Source: Callorhinchus milii (Eukaryota). Taken from it: a stretch of 64,000 nucleotides of DNA. The notes under the pieces were generated by a model that was given only the letters and a program-made list of their open reading frames with translations, searched no databases and had not been told where the DNA came from. The stretch covers positions 2,728,001-2,792,000 of the forward strand of contig NW_024704754.1 in NCBI RefSeq assembly GCF_018977255.1. The letters are read 5' to 3'. Of this stretch, positions 63,301 through 64,000 are shown one piece after another (within the stretch, counting starts at the first letter, position 1; the number at the start of each line of letters is the position of its first letter). The position numbers and the translations under genes were made by a program.

Positions 63301-64000
63301 CGCCTCGCAAATTCTTCATGAGCTTATGAGTGTGACACGTTTACAAACACAGAGAGAGGGGGAGAACGAGAGGGGCAGAGACAGGTGCACACTGCCACCG
63401 GCAGAAGGACNNNNNNNNNNNNNNNNNNNNNNNNNNNNNNNNNNNNNNNNNNNNNNNNNNNNNNNNNNNNNNNNNNNNNNNNNNNNNNNNNNNNNNNNNN
63501 NNNNNNNNNNNNNNNNNNNNNNNNNNNNNNNNNNNNNNNNNNNNNNNNNNNNNNNNNNNNNNNNNNNNNNNNCACACACACCCAGAGAGACACACACACA
63601 CACAGACACCCAGAGACACACACACACATACAGGCATTGACACACACACACACACACAGCGGCGGAGACATTGTTAGACCAAACGATTACACGTCAGAAA
63701 CCCACGTGAACGTGAACCCGGGTCTCTCTCTCTCTCCTCACAGCCACACACCCGGTGAGACGGGAGACAGACACACAATCAATCCCAGTAAAGTGGGGGG
63801 GGGGGGTGTAGGGGGGAGGGGGGGTGTGGGGGGGGGGTGTGGGGGGGGGGTGTAGGGGGGAGGGTGGGTGTAGGGGGGAGGGGGGGGACGGTAACCCTGG
63901 TGTGTCAGCAACTCTCCCCCTCACCCCCACCCACCTGTCCCGCCAACCCTCGGCCTCACACTCTCCCTCCCCCACCGCCCGCTCCCCACACACTGACCGT
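36281..64000 (-). CDS. SEC24A: COPII coat cargo adaptor SEC24A (exons 2-23 complete; exon 1 nearly all outside the window)
   Basis: 22 exons totalling 3341 nt with continuous frame. Pro/Gln-rich N-term ([23 protein letters not shown]), zinc finger ([11 protein letters not shown]...WKCNLC), trunk, barrel ([28 protein letters not shown]), helical and gelsolin-like domains, C-term [23 protein letters not shown]; neighbour of CAMLG. Confidence 0.97.
37737..37840 (-). CDS. SEC24A: SEC24A exon 22
   Basis: 104 nt [11 protein letters not shown]...[18 protein letters not shown]. Confidence 0.95.
38000..38313 (-). mobile_element. Full-length SINE in SEC24A intron 21
   Basis: tRNA head, core, tail. 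Confidence 0.85.
39364..39456 (-). CDS. SEC24A: SEC24A exon 21
   Basis: 93 nt [10 protein letters not shown]...[14 protein letters not shown]. Confidence 0.93.
40184..40288 (-). CDS. SEC24A: SEC24A exon 20
   Basis: 105 nt ...[25 protein letters not shown]. Confidence 0.95.
40398..40535 (-). CDS. SEC24A: SEC24A exon 19
   Basis: 138 nt [14 protein letters not shown]...[13 protein letters not shown]. Confidence 0.95.
40670..40980 (-). mobile_element. Full-length young tRNA-derived SINE in SEC24A intron 18
   Basis: Near-identical to the 18965-19285 copy. Confidence 0.9.
41396..41580 (-). CDS. SEC24A: SEC24A exon 18
   Basis: 185 nt [23 protein letters not shown]...[12 protein letters not shown]. 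Confidence 0.95.
42140..42397 (-). mobile_element. L2-clade LINE 3' fragment
   Basis: [29 protein letters not shown]. Confidence 0.82.
42473..42583 (-). CDS. SEC24A: SEC24A exon 17
   Basis: 111 nt [15 protein letters not shown]...[14 protein letters not shown]. Confidence 0.95.
42780..42953 (-). CDS. SEC24A: SEC24A exon 16
   Basis: 174 nt [23 protein letters not shown]...ALLYTSSK. Confidence 0.95.
43339..43497 (-). CDS. SEC24A: SEC24A exon 15
   Basis: 159 nt CISKYSAG...[19 protein letters not shown]. Confidence 0.95.
44722..44845 (-). CDS. SEC24A: SEC24A exon 14
   Basis: 124 nt [31 protein letters not shown]...DLASL. Confidence 0.93.
45676..45882 (-). CDS. SEC24A: SEC24A exon 13
   Basis: 207 nt LIEDLL...[23 protein letters not shown]... 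Confidence 0.95.
46479..46534 (-). CDS. SEC24A: SEC24A exon 12
   Basis: 56 nt [19 protein letters not shown]. Confidence 0.93.
47131..47249 (-). CDS. SEC24A: SEC24A exon 11
   Basis: 119 nt [32 protein letters not shown]... Confidence 0.95.
47746..47858 (-). CDS. SEC24A: SEC24A exon 10
   Basis: 113 nt [25 protein letters not shown]... Confidence 0.95.
48277..48386 (-). CDS. SEC24A: SEC24A exon 9
   Basis: 110 nt VPEEFMYNP...[10 protein letters not shown]. Confidence 0.95.
49659..49785 (-). CDS. SEC24A: SEC24A exon 8 (zinc finger)
   Basis: 127 nt [24 protein letters not shown]...[11 protein letters not shown]. Confidence 0.95.
50123..50225 (-). CDS. SEC24A: SEC24A exon 7
   Basis: 103 nt [34 protein letters not shown]. 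Confidence 0.95.
50699..50883 (-). CDS. SEC24A: SEC24A exon 6
   Basis: 185 nt ...[17 protein letters not shown]... Confidence 0.9.
51316..51470 (-). CDS. SEC24A: SEC24A exon 5
   Basis: 155 nt ...[13 protein letters not shown]...QFPQ. Confidence 0.88.
51689..51766 (-). CDS. SEC24A: SEC24A exon 4
   Basis: 78 nt ...[13 protein letters not shown]. Confidence 0.88.
52463..52920 (-). mobile_element. L2-clade LINE 3' fragment
   Basis: [15 protein letters not shown]...[26 protein letters not shown]. Confidence 0.88.
53349..53670 (-). mobile_element. L2-clade LINE 3' fragment
   Basis: [23 protein letters not shown] plus shared 3' hairpin. Confidence 0.85.
54221..54400 (-). CDS. SEC24A: SEC24A exon 3
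   Basis: 180 nt GLGHAP...GAPPPSGG...GGLE. Confidence 0.85.
58055..58654 (-). CDS. SEC24A: SEC24A exon 2
   Basis: 600 nt GPVQNQ...YVNPG; ttcacag / gtaagc. Confidence 0.9.
63411..63572. other. Assembly gap (N run)
   Basis: 162 N. Confidence 0.99.
63573..63990. repeat. CA microsatellite and G-run/C-run low-complexity tract at the start of SEC24A intron 1
   Basis: (CA)n 63573-63658; long G runs 63793-63888. Confidence 0.85.
63998..64000 (-). CDS. SEC24A: Last 3 nt of probable SEC24A exon 1
   Basis: Minus strand reads ACG|gtcagt; (A)AC G + exon 2 GC CCT GTG CAG AAC gives the SEC24A N-G-P-V-Q-N junction, phase 1; GC-rich context. Confidence 0.6.

Overview
Eukaryotic, intron-rich vertebrate DNA. 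The repeat landscape (tRNA-headed SINE with L2-type tail, L2 and CR1 3' fragments, Penelope-type fold-back elements) points to a cartilaginous fish (inference). Four genes on alternating strands were reconstructed exon by exon with GT-AG sites and consistent phases. (1) A complete 5-coding-exon, 378-aa rhodopsin-class peptide GPCR (+, 705-7017) that looks more like invertebrate luqin/RYamide/leucokinin-type or GPR83-related orphans than like a familiar vertebrate receptor. (2) CAMLG (-, 18630-11706, 308 aa). (3) An intact 6-exon SLC10A2/SLC10A6-type Na+/bile-salt symporter (+, 26041-30353, 341 aa) between CAMLG and SEC24A, where human has no such gene. (4) SEC24A (-, exons 2-23 at 58654-36281; the last 3 nt of exon 1 lie at 63998-64000). 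Best leads: the orphan GPCR, the extra SLC10 paralogue, a perfect 111-bp SINE-derived palindrome just upstream of its start codon, degenerate Penelope-type hammerhead ribozymes, a young SINE subfamily whose 3' hairpin matches the local L2 LINE, and a ~134-bp element shared by CAMLG and SEC24A introns. No database searches were run; family assignments are from recalled motifs.
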